This document shows positions 40,066-49,071 of a DNA stretch of 64,000 bases, one piece after another; position 1 is the stretch's first letter, and each line of letters starts with the position of its first letter. Source of the stretch: a virus; the IMG/VR virus record IMGVR_UViG_3300031857_000034, positions 63,759-127,758 of that record, one strand, 5' to 3'. Under the pieces are notes generated by a model. That model searched no databases and had not been told where the DNA came from. It saw only the letters and a list, made by a program, of their open reading frames with translations. Made by a program: the position numbers and the translations under genes.

Positions 40066-41773
40066 TTCACTAACCCTGGCTTTTGTAAATCCACCCCATG
40101 CGGATTGGAGCCTGGCCAACAACGTCACTTACCTGCTGTGTCAAAGTCATTATCAGCGCAATGGCAAGTATGCTGATCGTGTCAAGTGGTTGCCGGCTCC
40201 TTACAAGTTCGATCGATATGAGACTTATAAAGAAGTCTATCAAGAAATTGCCCAAGCAGATGCGATCATGTTTAGCAGTTATGCTTGGAACTATACCATC
40301 TGTGATGAAATAGCCAAGATAGCCCAAGCACAAGGCAAGATAACTATCCTGGGCGGTCCGCACATTGGCACCAACGAACCAGAGTTTTTGGCCACCAGAA
40401 CCTACTATGATTATATTTGCCGCCCTACCAAGCCCGGCGAAACATTTATTGAAGACTTTATCAACAGTTATTTTGACAACCAAGGTCGGGCACGCAAAGC
40501 AGACATCAGTTGGGAATTGAACAGCGAACGAGAACGTTCATATCTCATAGACTATGACTACAGCGTCTACGAAGACCATTTGCCTTATCTGAGTGAAATA
40601 GTAGAATATGCCAGGTCCCAACGCATAGAGCCTTTTATAGTGCTAGAGTCCACTAGGGGTTGTCCATACAGTTGTGTGTTCTGTGAATGGGGCGGTGGCA
40701 TTGGCACTAAAATATACAAAAAATCAGAAGCAGTGGTCAAGCGAGACATCCTGGCGCTCAAAGCCGCGGGATTCCGCGATGCTTATCTCACCGATGCAAA
40801 CTTTGGTGTGTTCGAGCAACGTGATATAGAACTGTTTCGGTTTGCATGGCAAAACAAATTCAATCTCACAGACATCAGCACAGTAAAAAGTCGTGACCTC
40901 ACTAGAAGAAAACGATTAGTAGATGCTTGGTTTGATGTTGTGGGACGTGGTCCAGAAAGGCACAGTGCCAGCGAAGGGGGTACTGATATGTGGGGAGAGA
41001 CCGAGTTTATCAGTGTGGTGCCTACGGTCAGTATACAAAGCGTCAGCGACGAAGCCATGAAAGTGGCCAATCGTGTGGATCTTAGTTTAGAAGATAAAAT
41101 AGAACTCAGCAGACACATCAATCAACGCTGTAGAGAACAGGGCTTTCCTACTCCTGCCGTGGAATTGATCCTGGCCATGCCCGGGTCAACCATTGATGAT
41201 TTCTACACAGAATTTGAGATCATGTATAACTTCCAAGCGCGATCCACAGTGGGCAATAACAGCGGCTGGTCCAGTTTCAGACATGACTATATGTTTCTGC
41301 CCGATAGCGAACTCAACAGCGATGTTTATAAAATTAAATACAAGATCGAAACTGTAGAAGTCTACAGCGACATCATCGATGAAGACGGTGTAGACAATTG
41401 GAACAGCCTGTACAAAAACAAACGCACTTACTTTAAAACTATCAGGAGTTGCTATAGTTTTACCAGGGAAGAAATGTTAGAAATGTGGTTTATGAATCAA
41501 GCAGGACCTTATGTGTTAGAACATTTTTTTGATCCACTAAAAGACTATACAACACCCAAGGAGTGTGCTAGAATAGCCTACAAGGTTATCCAACAGTTGG
41601 ATGATTACGGCCCCATACATGATATGATAGCAGATATTTTCAATCCCGATACTGAACCGCGTAGCATAAGGAAATTAGGCAATAGGTTTAGGGTGCTTGT
41701 GATAGAGGAAATGTTGAACGCCAACAAACCTTTGATAATGAACGGAGTCATGAATCATGTATTACAACATTAA
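40043..41773 (+). CDS. Radical SAM protein with an N-terminal cobalamin-binding-like domain (class B-like)
   Basis: FSSYAWN...ILGGPH B12-type domain, ESTRGCPYSCVFCEWG, and DANFG. The start is uncertain (40013, 40043 or 40049). Confidence 0.85.
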   Translation: MQMQKQHNSLTLAFVNPPHADWSLANNVTYLLCQSHYQRNGKYADRVKWLPAPYKFDRYETYKEVYQEIAQADAIMFSSYAWNYTICDEIAKIAQAQGKITILGGPHIGTNEPEFLATRTYYDYICRPTKPGETFIEDFINSYFDNQGRARKADISWELNSERERSYLIDYDYSVYEDHLPYLSEIVEYARSQRIEPFIVLESTRGCPYSCVFCEWGGGIGTKIYKKSEAVVKRDILALKAAGFRDAYLTDANFGVFEQRDIELFRFAWQNKFNLTDISTVKSRDLTRRKRLVDAWFDVVGRGPERHSASEGGTDMWGETEFISVVPTVSIQSVSDEAMKVANRVDLSLEDKIELSRHINQRCREQGFPTPAVELILAMPGSTIDDFYTEFEIMYNFQARSTVGNNSGWSSFRHDYMFLPDSELNSDVYKIKYKIETVEVYSDIIDEDGVDNWNSLYKNKRTYFKTIRSCYSFTREEMLEMWFMNQAGPYVLEHFFDPLKDYTTPKECARIAYKVIQQLDDYGPIHDMIADIFNPDTEPRSIRKLGNRFRVLVIEEMLNANKPLIMNGVMNHVLQH

Positions 41774-42293
41774 AGATATCTATAGCAAAGGATTTGTACA
41801 ACTCAGTGAGCCCGACGCCTTGGCATTGATCAACATCGATGAATTCAAACTGTTGAATGTGGAAGAACGTGTTAGAGATAACGGCAAGCAAGATGTCAGT
41901 GCCGAACTGGCCAAGAGATTAGAAACCTTGGCTTTGTATTTGAAAACCAAGTACATAGATCCCGAATGGCCCGCGGCTGAATACAACAAGTTCATAGTTT
42001 GGGATGGCGTGGATCGTGACAATCAAGGTTGGCACACAGATATGTTTGAAAACTATGACATTTTCTTTTTGTATTATTTTGATGACACCCATGCTGAAAC
42101 AGGTGGCAGCATAAACTTCAAATGGGGAGTGTTACAAGGCCAGGAACAGACTGCCACATTCCAGCCCCGGGCAGGTGATGTTTTCATGGTCAATAATCTT
42201 CGCGGATTTTGGCACAGAGCCGATGATACAAAGATACGTCGACGAGTGGCCAGTTTTGATTTTTGTGTAGGATTGAAAAATGGAACTCAATGA
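41757..42293 (+). CDS. 2OG-Fe(II) oxygenase
   Basis: WHTD...GGSINF...FWHRA...RRV gives the HxD...H...R motif. Confidence 0.8.
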   Translation: MYYNIKDIYSKGFVQLSEPDALALINIDEFKLLNVEERVRDNGKQDVSAELAKRLETLALYLKTKYIDPEWPAAEYNKFIVWDGVDRDNQGWHTDMFENYDIFFLYYFDDTHAETGGSINFKWGVLQGQEQTATFQPRAGDVFMVNNLRGFWHRADDTKIRRRVASFDFCVGLKNGTQ

Positions 42294-42579
42294 ACTGTTA
42301 AAACTCAAACTAGAATATAGCAAAGAAAGAGATCTTTGCGCAGAGTTGTACAATGTCTGGATCACTAAACTACACGATTTCCAACACGATCCTGAACTGT
42401 ACGATATGTATATGCGCATGATCAACAACATGGAACCTTATGGTGCATATGTCAAAGAACGTATACGTGAAGTCAATAGGCAGATCTGCCAAATCAAAGG
42501 CGTCGACAGTATCGGTGACACTGAGTATGCTGCTGAATGTATCAACAAATATGGATTTGAACAGCCAAATGCTGAATGA
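42280..42579 (+). CDS. Hypothetical helical protein (99 aa)
   Basis: Overlapping, co-oriented ORF inside the cluster. Confidence 0.6.
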   Translation: MELNELLKLKLEYSKERDLCAELYNVWITKLHDFQHDPELYDMYMRMINNMEPYGAYVKERIREVNRQICQIKGVDSIGDTEYAAECINKYGFEQPNAE

Positions 42580-42656
42580 CTATTTTCAAGCACAGAGCCG
42601 ATGTTTCAAAAAATTCTCGAGTCACTTCGTCTTATTTTTTTAATTTAGAATATTGA
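42569..42656 (+). pseudogene. Remnant of a second 2OG-Fe(II) oxygenase paralogue
   Basis: 42576-42656 reads MTIFKHRADVSKNSRVTSSYFFNLEY, which aligns with the C-terminus of 41757-42293 (FWHRADDTKIRRRVASFDF). Confidence 0.45.
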
Positions 42657-42662
42657 GGTATC

Positions 42663-43736
42663 ATGGATCTAATTATCAAACCAACTGAGAGTTGCAATTT
42701 CAAATGTACGTTTTGCTCCAGTACCAACATCACCGACGACAAAAGTGCTGAACTTGGGCACGATCAAATTTTTAGATTTCTTGAACGTTTTCCTGACACC
42801 AAAACAATCATAGTCAACGGTGGCGATCCACTCATGATGTCGCCAGCATACTACTGGAAGATCATTGACTGGTTGGACTTACATGAGTATGATACCTCTA
42901 TTAGTTTTACCACTAATCTTTGGCCATTTTACAAGAATCCCCAAAAGTGGGTAGATCTATTCAATCATGAGCGTATGGGCATAACCACCAGCTTCCAATA
43001 TGGTGGAGGACGTCTCAAAGGTGATCTTACCCCATTTTCAGAAGAAGACTTTTGGAAATGCAGCGACGCCATGCTACGCTATTGTGGATATAGGCCAGAC
43101 TTTATCACAGTAATAACCGAAGAAAATGCAGATCGTGCTCTCGACAATGTGAGACTGGCCAAGAAGATGAACGTGGAGTGCAAGTTAAACTATGCCTTTA
43201 GTTCGGGACCTCCTGTGAAGTTTCGTAACATCATCATGGGCCAGCAAGGTCGTCCTTTTGTACTGGCAGATATCTACGAGATATATCTCGAAATCTGGCG
43301 ACAAGAATTATATCCTTGGGAACACAGTACCAAGACCATGATGAAACGACTGCGCGGTGAAGCAACCATATGTCCACAAAACAGAGATTGTGATGCAGGT
43401 ATTAGGACTCTACAGCCATCCGGAGATTACTACAGTTGCGGAGCCTTTGGCGACGACAAAGAATATGCTATAGATTTTGAGCAAGAGATGAATAGCAAAA
43501 AAATAATCAGGATACTGAAAGATCAACCCGATCTTCAGACTCTCAAGCAGAGTTGTTATAGTTGCCCTATGTTTGATATCTGCAATGGTTGTCGCAAAAC
43601 CATAACCGATCTCAAACGGTACAATTTGGTCGAACGCCATTGTAGTAAAATGAAAACTCTTGCTGCCGACATCATTGAAGCCAATGGTGTGGACTTGGAA
43701 CCAACAGAATATGTAAAAGAATATGAGACAGCGTAG
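42663..43736 (+). CDS. Radical SAM/SPASM-domain protein (anSME/peptide-maturase-like)
   Basis: LIIKPTESCNFKCTFC, NGGDP, and C-terminal CP..C..YSC..CYSCPMFDICNGC..C. GAGG RBS upstream. Confidence 0.92.
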   Translation: MDLIIKPTESCNFKCTFCSSTNITDDKSAELGHDQIFRFLERFPDTKTIIVNGGDPLMMSPAYYWKIIDWLDLHEYDTSISFTTNLWPFYKNPQKWVDLFNHERMGITTSFQYGGGRLKGDLTPFSEEDFWKCSDAMLRYCGYRPDFITVITEENADRALDNVRLAKKMNVECKLNYAFSSGPPVKFRNIIMGQQGRPFVLADIYEIYLEIWRQELYPWEHSTKTMMKRLRGEATICPQNRDCDAGIRTLQPSGDYYSCGAFGDDKEYAIDFEQEMNSKKIIRILKDQPDLQTLKQSCYSCPMFDICNGCRKTITDLKRYNLVERHCSKMKTLAADIIEANGVDLEPTEYVKEYETA

Positions 43737-43773
43737 TGAAACTAAGTAAAAATACAGGTTACGAGTATCTTTT

Positions 43774-44583
43774 ATGTCAAATCAACCAATACTAATAGCT
43801 GGCGGCGATAGTTTCACCTATGGATTAGATCTACTGGATTGTAATCCCAGTAACAATTTCAGCTATAGTCTGAACACGTGGCCTGCTTTGCTTAGTAAGT
43901 CATTGAATCGCCAGTATGTTTGTGCAGCTTATCCAGGTAATAGCAACTCTGCGATTGCTAGAAAAACTATTTTGGCCTGTGAGCAAAATCGGGCACAAGA
44001 TATTTTTGTAGTGGTAAGCTGGTCTTTTTTGAATCGCATAGAATTTAAATTTACTATCGATCCAATGAGTAAACCTTATGATGCAAAGACAGATCCCGAA
44101 GGATACGCTCTAGGGCCACACGGGCCTTGGCGCAGTGTTAACAGTAAGGATCTTTATCCTGGACCAGATGAATCAAAGCAAAAAATATTTACACACCTTG
44201 ACAAGGATATCATAAAGTTTCTTAGAGACTACTATAGGTATGTTGGTAGCGATGATGTATATGAATATTACTGCACTGTGAAAGAGATTGTGTTTTTACA
44301 GAACTACCTTAAACTAAACAGCATTCCATATATGTTTACGTCGGCTCACTCTTTTTTCCGTAAAACTTTTGATGATCCCAGCGTGAATTGCTTGATTAAC
44401 ATGATTGATCAAGATCCGTGGTTTTTTTATCCTCCATTGAAAGGTTTCGTAGAGTGGGCCAGAGACAACGGTTATGCCCGCCGAGACGAACATTTCACAG
44501 AAGAGGCTCACGCAGATGCTTTTAAACTTGTAAGAGATTACCTCAATGAGAAAAATCAAGCGTATTATCCAAAAGCTGCTTAA
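43774..44583 (+). CDS. SGNH/GDSL-like hydrolase-fold protein
   Basis: GGDSFTYG block I, AYPGNSN block II, and C-terminal DEHF...H. Confidence 0.65.
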   Translation: MSNQPILIAGGDSFTYGLDLLDCNPSNNFSYSLNTWPALLSKSLNRQYVCAAYPGNSNSAIARKTILACEQNRAQDIFVVVSWSFLNRIEFKFTIDPMSKPYDAKTDPEGYALGPHGPWRSVNSKDLYPGPDESKQKIFTHLDKDIIKFLRDYYRYVGSDDVYEYYCTVKEIVFLQNYLKLNSIPYMFTSAHSFFRKTFDDPSVNCLINMIDQDPWFFYPPLKGFVEWARDNGYARRDEHFTEEAHADAFKLVRDYLNEKNQAYYPKAA

Positions 44584-44644
44584 CGAATTGCGTTATAGAC
44601 GCAAGATCAGACAGAGCAGGAAACAAGATCCTTACATATATTGA
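44546..44644 (+). CDS. Small basic peptide MRKIKRIIQKLLNELRYRRKIRQSRKQDPYIY (32 aa)
   Basis: Read directly from the sequence (below the ORF-track cutoff). Amphipathic basic helix ending in DPYIY. Confidence 0.5.
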   Translation: MRKIKRIIQKLLNELRYRRKIRQSRKQDPYIY

Positions 44645-44728
44645 TTAGTATATCAGTGATCATTGGTAGTGGCTTATGCTGCCCAAATACCTTTGATCTG
44701 CCTCGAGCGGTCGCTAAATATCTTACCT

Positions 44729-45646
44729 ATGAACATATCCCTTAATCCTTGGTATTATTGTAACTTCCGTTGCAAATTTTGTTATCTAACAGAAGGACAG
44801 TTGTCTAGTCAAAAATTAATCAAACTTGATAAATTGGAGTCTAGATTACAAGAAGTTGTAGCACATTATGGCATCATTGATCAGATTGATGTCTACGGCG
44901 GCGAAGTGGCCCTGCTGCCTAAACAGTACTTTGAAGACATGACTGTGATTTTGAAACGATACTGCAAAAATCTCAACATGATAACAAACCTTAGCGCAGT
45001 AAACCAAATCACCGAAGATCCTAACTATTCTCTCAGTGTCAGTTACGACTTCAGCGCCAGAGAAAAATATGATTTGGTTTACAAGAACATGACCATGATT
45101 TCTTCGGATTTCAGCGTGCTCATGCTGGCCAGTCCGCACTTGATCACACTGGATCCCAACTACATGATCAATATGTTCAATCTCATACCTAATCTACGTT
45201 CAGTAGAAATCAAACCCTATAGTCGCAATCAGGCCAATGATCTCCAGATAACCGACAAAGATTTTGAAAACTATGTGATACGCTGGCTCACCGCTGCCAC
45301 GCCAAAAAAATTCCAGTTTGTCAACGCCGCCCTTATACAACAGGTATTAGACGGGCAAGGACACAGTTACAGTGATGATCACGTGTATATTACTCCCAGC
45401 GGTAGATTTGCTGTGTTGGAATTTGACATCAATGATCGCGAGTATTTCTTAGAAATGGATTCCATTGAAGAATATCAACAATGGTGTGAACGAGAAAAAC
45501 AACGTGTTAGTGTGAACGAATACTGCCGTGATTGCGAATTCCACGGACGCTGTCTAAGCGAACACTTGCGTGAAGTGCGAGATATATCCATGAGTTGCAA
45601 TGGATACAAACATCTCATACAGTGGTATGCTCGCCAGTACACTTGA
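44729..45646 (+). CDS. Radical SAM protein with a short Cys-rich C-terminus
   Basis: NPWYYCNFRCKFC, YGGE, and CRDCEFHGRC..SCNG. The ATG at 44729 follows TAAATA at 44715. Confidence 0.9.
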   Translation: MNISLNPWYYCNFRCKFCYLTEGQLSSQKLIKLDKLESRLQEVVAHYGIIDQIDVYGGEVALLPKQYFEDMTVILKRYCKNLNMITNLSAVNQITEDPNYSLSVSYDFSAREKYDLVYKNMTMISSDFSVLMLASPHLITLDPNYMINMFNLIPNLRSVEIKPYSRNQANDLQITDKDFENYVIRWLTAATPKKFQFVNAALIQQVLDGQGHSYSDDHVYITPSGRFAVLEFDINDREYFLEMDSIEEYQQWCEREKQRVSVNEYCRDCEFHGRCLSEHLREVRDISMSCNGYKHLIQWYARQYT

Positions 45647-46040
45647 TATCATGAAAGAGTGGAAAGTAAGACAGGAAGTATATCACAGACTTACCAAAGA
45701 ACACGGTGACGATCTAAATCAGTTTGACATTGAAATAGTCACTGATGTTGTGTCAACTGCTGTGAAGTATTTTACTGAGCAGGAAGTTGGATGGTTATAT
45801 CCTGGTAAAAGTTATGCAGTTGCTGTCTTATATGCTCGATGGTTGAATCAAGAATTTGGTGAAGATTTTTTAACTGTGCTAGATGATCCTGATCTGCTGT
45901 ACGGCAATGATCCTTACTTTGTTCCCTACAGTCAAGACAAAGAAACCTACATCAAGATCATTGCGGCCTTGCCCAATAACATGGATCAAGGAATGATACC
46001 CGACATAAGAAACTATTTTGAAAGAGAATTCATGCTATGA
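45627..46040 (+). CDS. Hypothetical protein of the rSAM cluster
   Basis: Co-oriented overlapping ORF (YPGKSYAVA...DPDLLYGNDPYFVPY). Start uncertain (45600, 45627 or 45651). Confidence 0.6.
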   Translation: MLASTLDIMKEWKVRQEVYHRLTKEHGDDLNQFDIEIVTDVVSTAVKYFTEQEVGWLYPGKSYAVAVLYARWLNQEFGEDFLTVLDDPDLLYGNDPYFVPYSQDKETYIKIIAALPNNMDQGMIPDIRNYFEREFML

Positions 46041-46624
46041 ATCCAGGAATGAATCTACTGTATCCAACACCTGTGCAGTATACAACCATGAAGAATGATC
46101 ACATACGTCAGCAGGTAGTGGATGCGCTGATGGTCAATGTAGATTTTGCCAAGCCAACCGAAGAAATTTATGAGGAGAACATCTTGGATCTCAATCTACC
46201 TGAACTTGATCAATGGATCGATCAAGAAGTATATCCTGCTTTTGATCAGTATCTTGTAGATACCATTGACAAACATATCACAGACTTCCAAACCTATAAG
46301 TTTAAATCATGGCTTACTGGAAATCAAGGAAATTATCATTTGATCCTGCACAATCACAGTGGTAGTCATTACAGTGGTGTGTTTTATCTGTTGGCCGAAG
46401 AATCCACCCAAGGAGGACAGTTGATATTCTGCGATCCTAGATCTAACGCCAATCGAGGCTATGATAATAAACAAAAACAAAAACAATTTGATTATACTCG
46501 CATACAGCCTCGAACTGGCGATGTTTACATATTTCCCAGTTTCTTGTACCATTTTGTGATGCCTTATGCAGGAACGCTAAGGCTATGTGTGCCGGTGGAT
46601 CTATTTCTCTTTGACGAATCGTAA
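46037..46624 (+). CDS. Putative 2OG-Fe(II) oxygenase (phage-type, HxH...SGVFY...FPSFLYH)
   Basis: LHNHSGSHYSGVFYL...GGQLIFCDPR...IFPSFLYHFV..R. Confidence 0.8.
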   Translation: MNPGMNLLYPTPVQYTTMKNDHIRQQVVDALMVNVDFAKPTEEIYEENILDLNLPELDQWIDQEVYPAFDQYLVDTIDKHITDFQTYKFKSWLTGNQGNYHLILHNHSGSHYSGVFYLLAEESTQGGQLIFCDPRSNANRGYDNKQKQKQFDYTRIQPRTGDVYIFPSFLYHFVMPYAGTLRLCVPVDLFLFDES

Positions 46625-46867
46625 GCAGTATTCTACTGCTTGACGTTCTGCAAAACTGGCACGAATGCTACAGCGATAACCATAGGTGTTGTAATCGGCA
46701 CCGATGTGATAACTGGGAGTTTCCGCAGCATTCTCCATGACCCACTTGCCTGCGTCGGTCTGTTGCCATTCGTACATGGGTTGTGCCGCATAGATATCAG
46801 GATCTTCTACATCACCTATTGAACATTCAAACACAGTATAGGTATGAAGGTCAGTTGACGAACTCAT
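46601..46867 (-). CDS. Hypothetical phage protein
   Basis: 88 aa, coupled to thyX. Contains DVEDPDIYAAQP. Confidence 0.65.
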   Translation of the reverse strand: MSSSTDLHTYTVFECSIGDVEDPDIYAAQPMYEWQQTDAGKWVMENAAETPSYHIGADYNTYGYRCSIRASFAERQAVEYCLRFVKEK

Positions 46868-47531
46868 GTGTCAAGGGAAATACTGTAGCGATGACTTCTG
46901 CGCAGGCTCGGGCCACCTGCTGATGTTCTAACTGTGTGCCATGTCCCGAGCGTAGTTCAATAAAGTGTATCCATGAACGCAAGGTGCCGTTCATGTACAG
47001 CCTACTTTCGGTCAGGCCTTCGGGTAGCACGGCACGGGCCTGTTCTTTGGCTATGCCGTTAGTGACAGCCCAGCTGTAGGCGTTTCGTGCGGCTCGTATG
47101 ACTTCCCGTTGTTGGTCCTGCCACTCACGTTCCAGTTCTCGATGCTTGGCATCATTGGTGTCAAGTGCGATGCTGTTTTGTCGATTTTTTGTATCTTGCA
47201 GTCTTGCTTCTCTACGAACGAAACTGAGGTCTCGAGTAGGGTCAGCATATCGCTGGCTAAACTCTTGGAATGAGAAACTTCTGTGTCTAAGTATCTGTCT
47301 TGCGATATCTCTTGTGGTGGTGATTTCGCAACAGGCTGACACCATTTCCAGTGGCGACCAGTGTTGGTGCTTGACCAAGTATCTGATGAGTTTCTCTGAT
47401 GTTTCGCTGTTGAGTTGATTGGAAGGATTGCTGACACGGGCGCAATACGCAATGAGTTCCTGCGCATCTGCGATACCCAGATCTCGATATTCACCTGTGG
47501 GTTGGCTGTAGGATAGCAAACGAACATTCAT
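46851..47531 (-). CDS. thyX: FAD-dependent thymidylate synthase
   Basis: ThyX signature RHRSFSFQEFSQRY, plus HWSPLE and EQARAVLP. Confidence 0.96.
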   Translation of the reverse strand: MNVRLLSYSQPTGEYRDLGIADAQELIAYCARVSNPSNQLNSETSEKLIRYLVKHQHWSPLEMVSACCEITTTRDIARQILRHRSFSFQEFSQRYADPTRDLSFVRREARLQDTKNRQNSIALDTNDAKHRELEREWQDQQREVIRAARNAYSWAVTNGIAKEQARAVLPEGLTESRLYMNGTLRSWIHFIELRSGHGTQLEHQQVARACAEVIATVFPLTHEFVN

Positions 47532-47860
47532 GCACGACCTTTGATTGATATCTTATCCAGCAGTTCTTTGCTGTAAGGTTTCACCATCTTGGCCACAGAT
47601 TCAACATCTACTATAAAATCAATGCTTTTGATTTCGGCTGCCATCATTTCCAAGGTATGATTGATTATGATCTGGATCTGTTCTTCCGGCATACCTTGTT
47701 TTCTCAGTTTAGTGATGCTGATCTGCCGGCGCCTGCCGTTTTCTAATTTGATTGTCAGTCTCTTGAGACACTGTACAGGCACATCGGTCTTGTCGACGGC
47801 CTCTACAATTTCTTCCCAATGATCGCAATCTAGATTTATATCAACAGTTTTACCCAGCAT
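47528..47860 (-). CDS. Hypothetical protein
   Basis: Likely ATG at 47860. ATGA coupling to thyX. Confidence 0.6.
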   Translation of the reverse strand: MLGKTVDINLDCDHWEEIVEAVDKTDVPVQCLKRLTIKLENGRRRQISITKLRKQGMPEEQIQIIINHTLEMMAAEIKSIDFIVDVESVAKMVKPYSKELLDKISIKGRA

Positions 47861-48530
47861 TCGCGGCACTCTTGGCAGGACGACCACGGCCTCGTTTTTC
47901 AGCCGCAGGTGCTACACCTGCGCCCATAGCAGCCGCTTCTTTGAGAAGACGATCGCTTTCAGCCAATAGTTGTTTTGCCTCCAGAGCCATTTTTGCAGCT
48001 TGATCACGCAGTCCTTTACTGATACTGCCGTCATCTAATGCATCTTGTCCTGATGCCTGTAGTGCTTTTGCACGATCCGATCCTGCTGGAACGTCGGTGG
48101 GACGATATTGTTTAGCAGTGGGCACTTGCAGACCTTGTTGCTTGTCCAATTCAGCCAAACGCTTGACCGCATCTTCGCCTTGCGCCATCTCGGTCAAGAT
48201 TTTGTTTAGTTCATCCAAGCGAACACTGCTGGTAGGTGTGGGTGTGACGATGACTTGATTGGTGTTGATCTTTTTCAAGAAACCTTCTTGGTGGATGGCT
48301 GTGAGTATTCCGCGTCCATCGGGCAAAAGATTACGATGTAATGCTTCGCTGAAGTCAGTGGCCTGCTGTCCTACTTCGCTTTCCAGCAGTTTCATGATGC
48401 TGTCATGGAAACTGACAGGCAACACGTCTGGGTAGATAACCAAACACATATGATCTTCGTTGGGTACGGTTTTAAAAACAATGACGACTCGCTTGTCGCC
48501 GTGTTTACCGATGTGTTTTAAAAATGCCAT
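47850..48530 (-). CDS. Hypothetical phage protein
   Basis: 226 aa with a GGAG RBS. C-terminal KRGRGRPAK AT-hook-like motif. Confidence 0.7.
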   Translation of the reverse strand: MAFLKHIGKHGDKRVVIVFKTVPNEDHMCLVIYPDVLPVSFHDSIMKLLESEVGQQATDFSEALHRNLLPDGRGILTAIHQEGFLKKINTNQVIVTPTPTSSVRLDELNKILTEMAQGEDAVKRLAELDKQQGLQVPTAKQYRPTDVPAGSDRAKALQASGQDALDDGSISKGLRDQAAKMALEAKQLLAESDRLLKEAAAMGAGVAPAAEKRGRGRPAKSAANAG

Positions 48531-48755
48531 TTATTTCTCCTTTGGCTCGGGGCCGGTAGTTGTTGCTGGGATATCCTTGTCTGACGGGGATTGTTGCATC
48601 TGCTGTACGCTGTAATCATAGAAAGCACTAACACGATTGTAGAACTCGCCCACGGCCACCATTTCGGCTGGCTGGAACCCGCCGCGACGATTTATAACCT
48701 CAATGAGATTTTTAATGAACAGCAAGTCATTGACAGAGAATGAAGGATTTTCCAT
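48531..48755 (-). CDS. Hypothetical protein (74 aa)
   Basis: TAAATA box (48761-48766, minus strand) just upstream. Abuts the next gene. Confidence 0.65.
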   Translation of the reverse strand: MENPSFSVNDLLFIKNLIEVINRRGGFQPAEMVAVGEFYNRVSAFYDYSVQQMQQSPSDKDIPATTTGPEPKEK

Positions 48756-48798
48756 ACAGATATTTACTGTATGGAAATTTTATGCTTAGATTTTTTGG

Positions 48799-49071
48799 TT
48801 AAAACAGATCGGGTTCTTGCTGGTGCCAGAGGGAGAATAGCAGGGCTTCTTGCGGATCTTCAAAACTCACGCACTCTCGAGACACTACCTTGGGCAACTG
48901 CTCTACCCACACGTGGAAAGCATAGCGTCCCTGGGTGTTTTCAACGATCCAGCGTTGGACTCGGGCACTTTTGGATACTGTCTGCGGACAGCGGGTAAAA
49001 TGACCAGGAGCCCATGACAGCTCCCGGGTGTCAAACCAATCCTGGGGTTTAATGTTTATCCTGTTTGTCAT
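48799..49071 (-). CDS. Hypothetical protein (90 aa)
   Basis: Start reassigned to the ATG at 49071. Ends in FEDPQEALLFSLWH. Confidence 0.6.
   Translation of the reverse strand: MTNRINIKPQDWFDTRELSWAPGHFTRCPQTVSKSARVQRWIVENTQGRYAFHVWVEQLPKVVSRECVSFEDPQEALLFSLWHQQEPDLF

Noticed and set aside
34559-45646. rSAM genes as queuosine/7-deazaguanine DNA modification, NrdG or MoaA/PqqE cofactor pathways
   Set aside because: No queC, queD, folE, dpdA, nrdD, moa or pqq partner genes are in the window, and the Cys-rich C-termini and adjacent Cys/His-tail proteins fit peptide or protein maturases better. Not formally excluded.
28-46552. Many minus-strand ORFs of 60-233 aa antisense to the structural and rSAM genes (e.g. 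29970-30671, 20538-21008)
   Set aside because: They are fully nested opposite long motif-bearing genes, have no recognisable motifs or RBS, and look like shadow ORFs.
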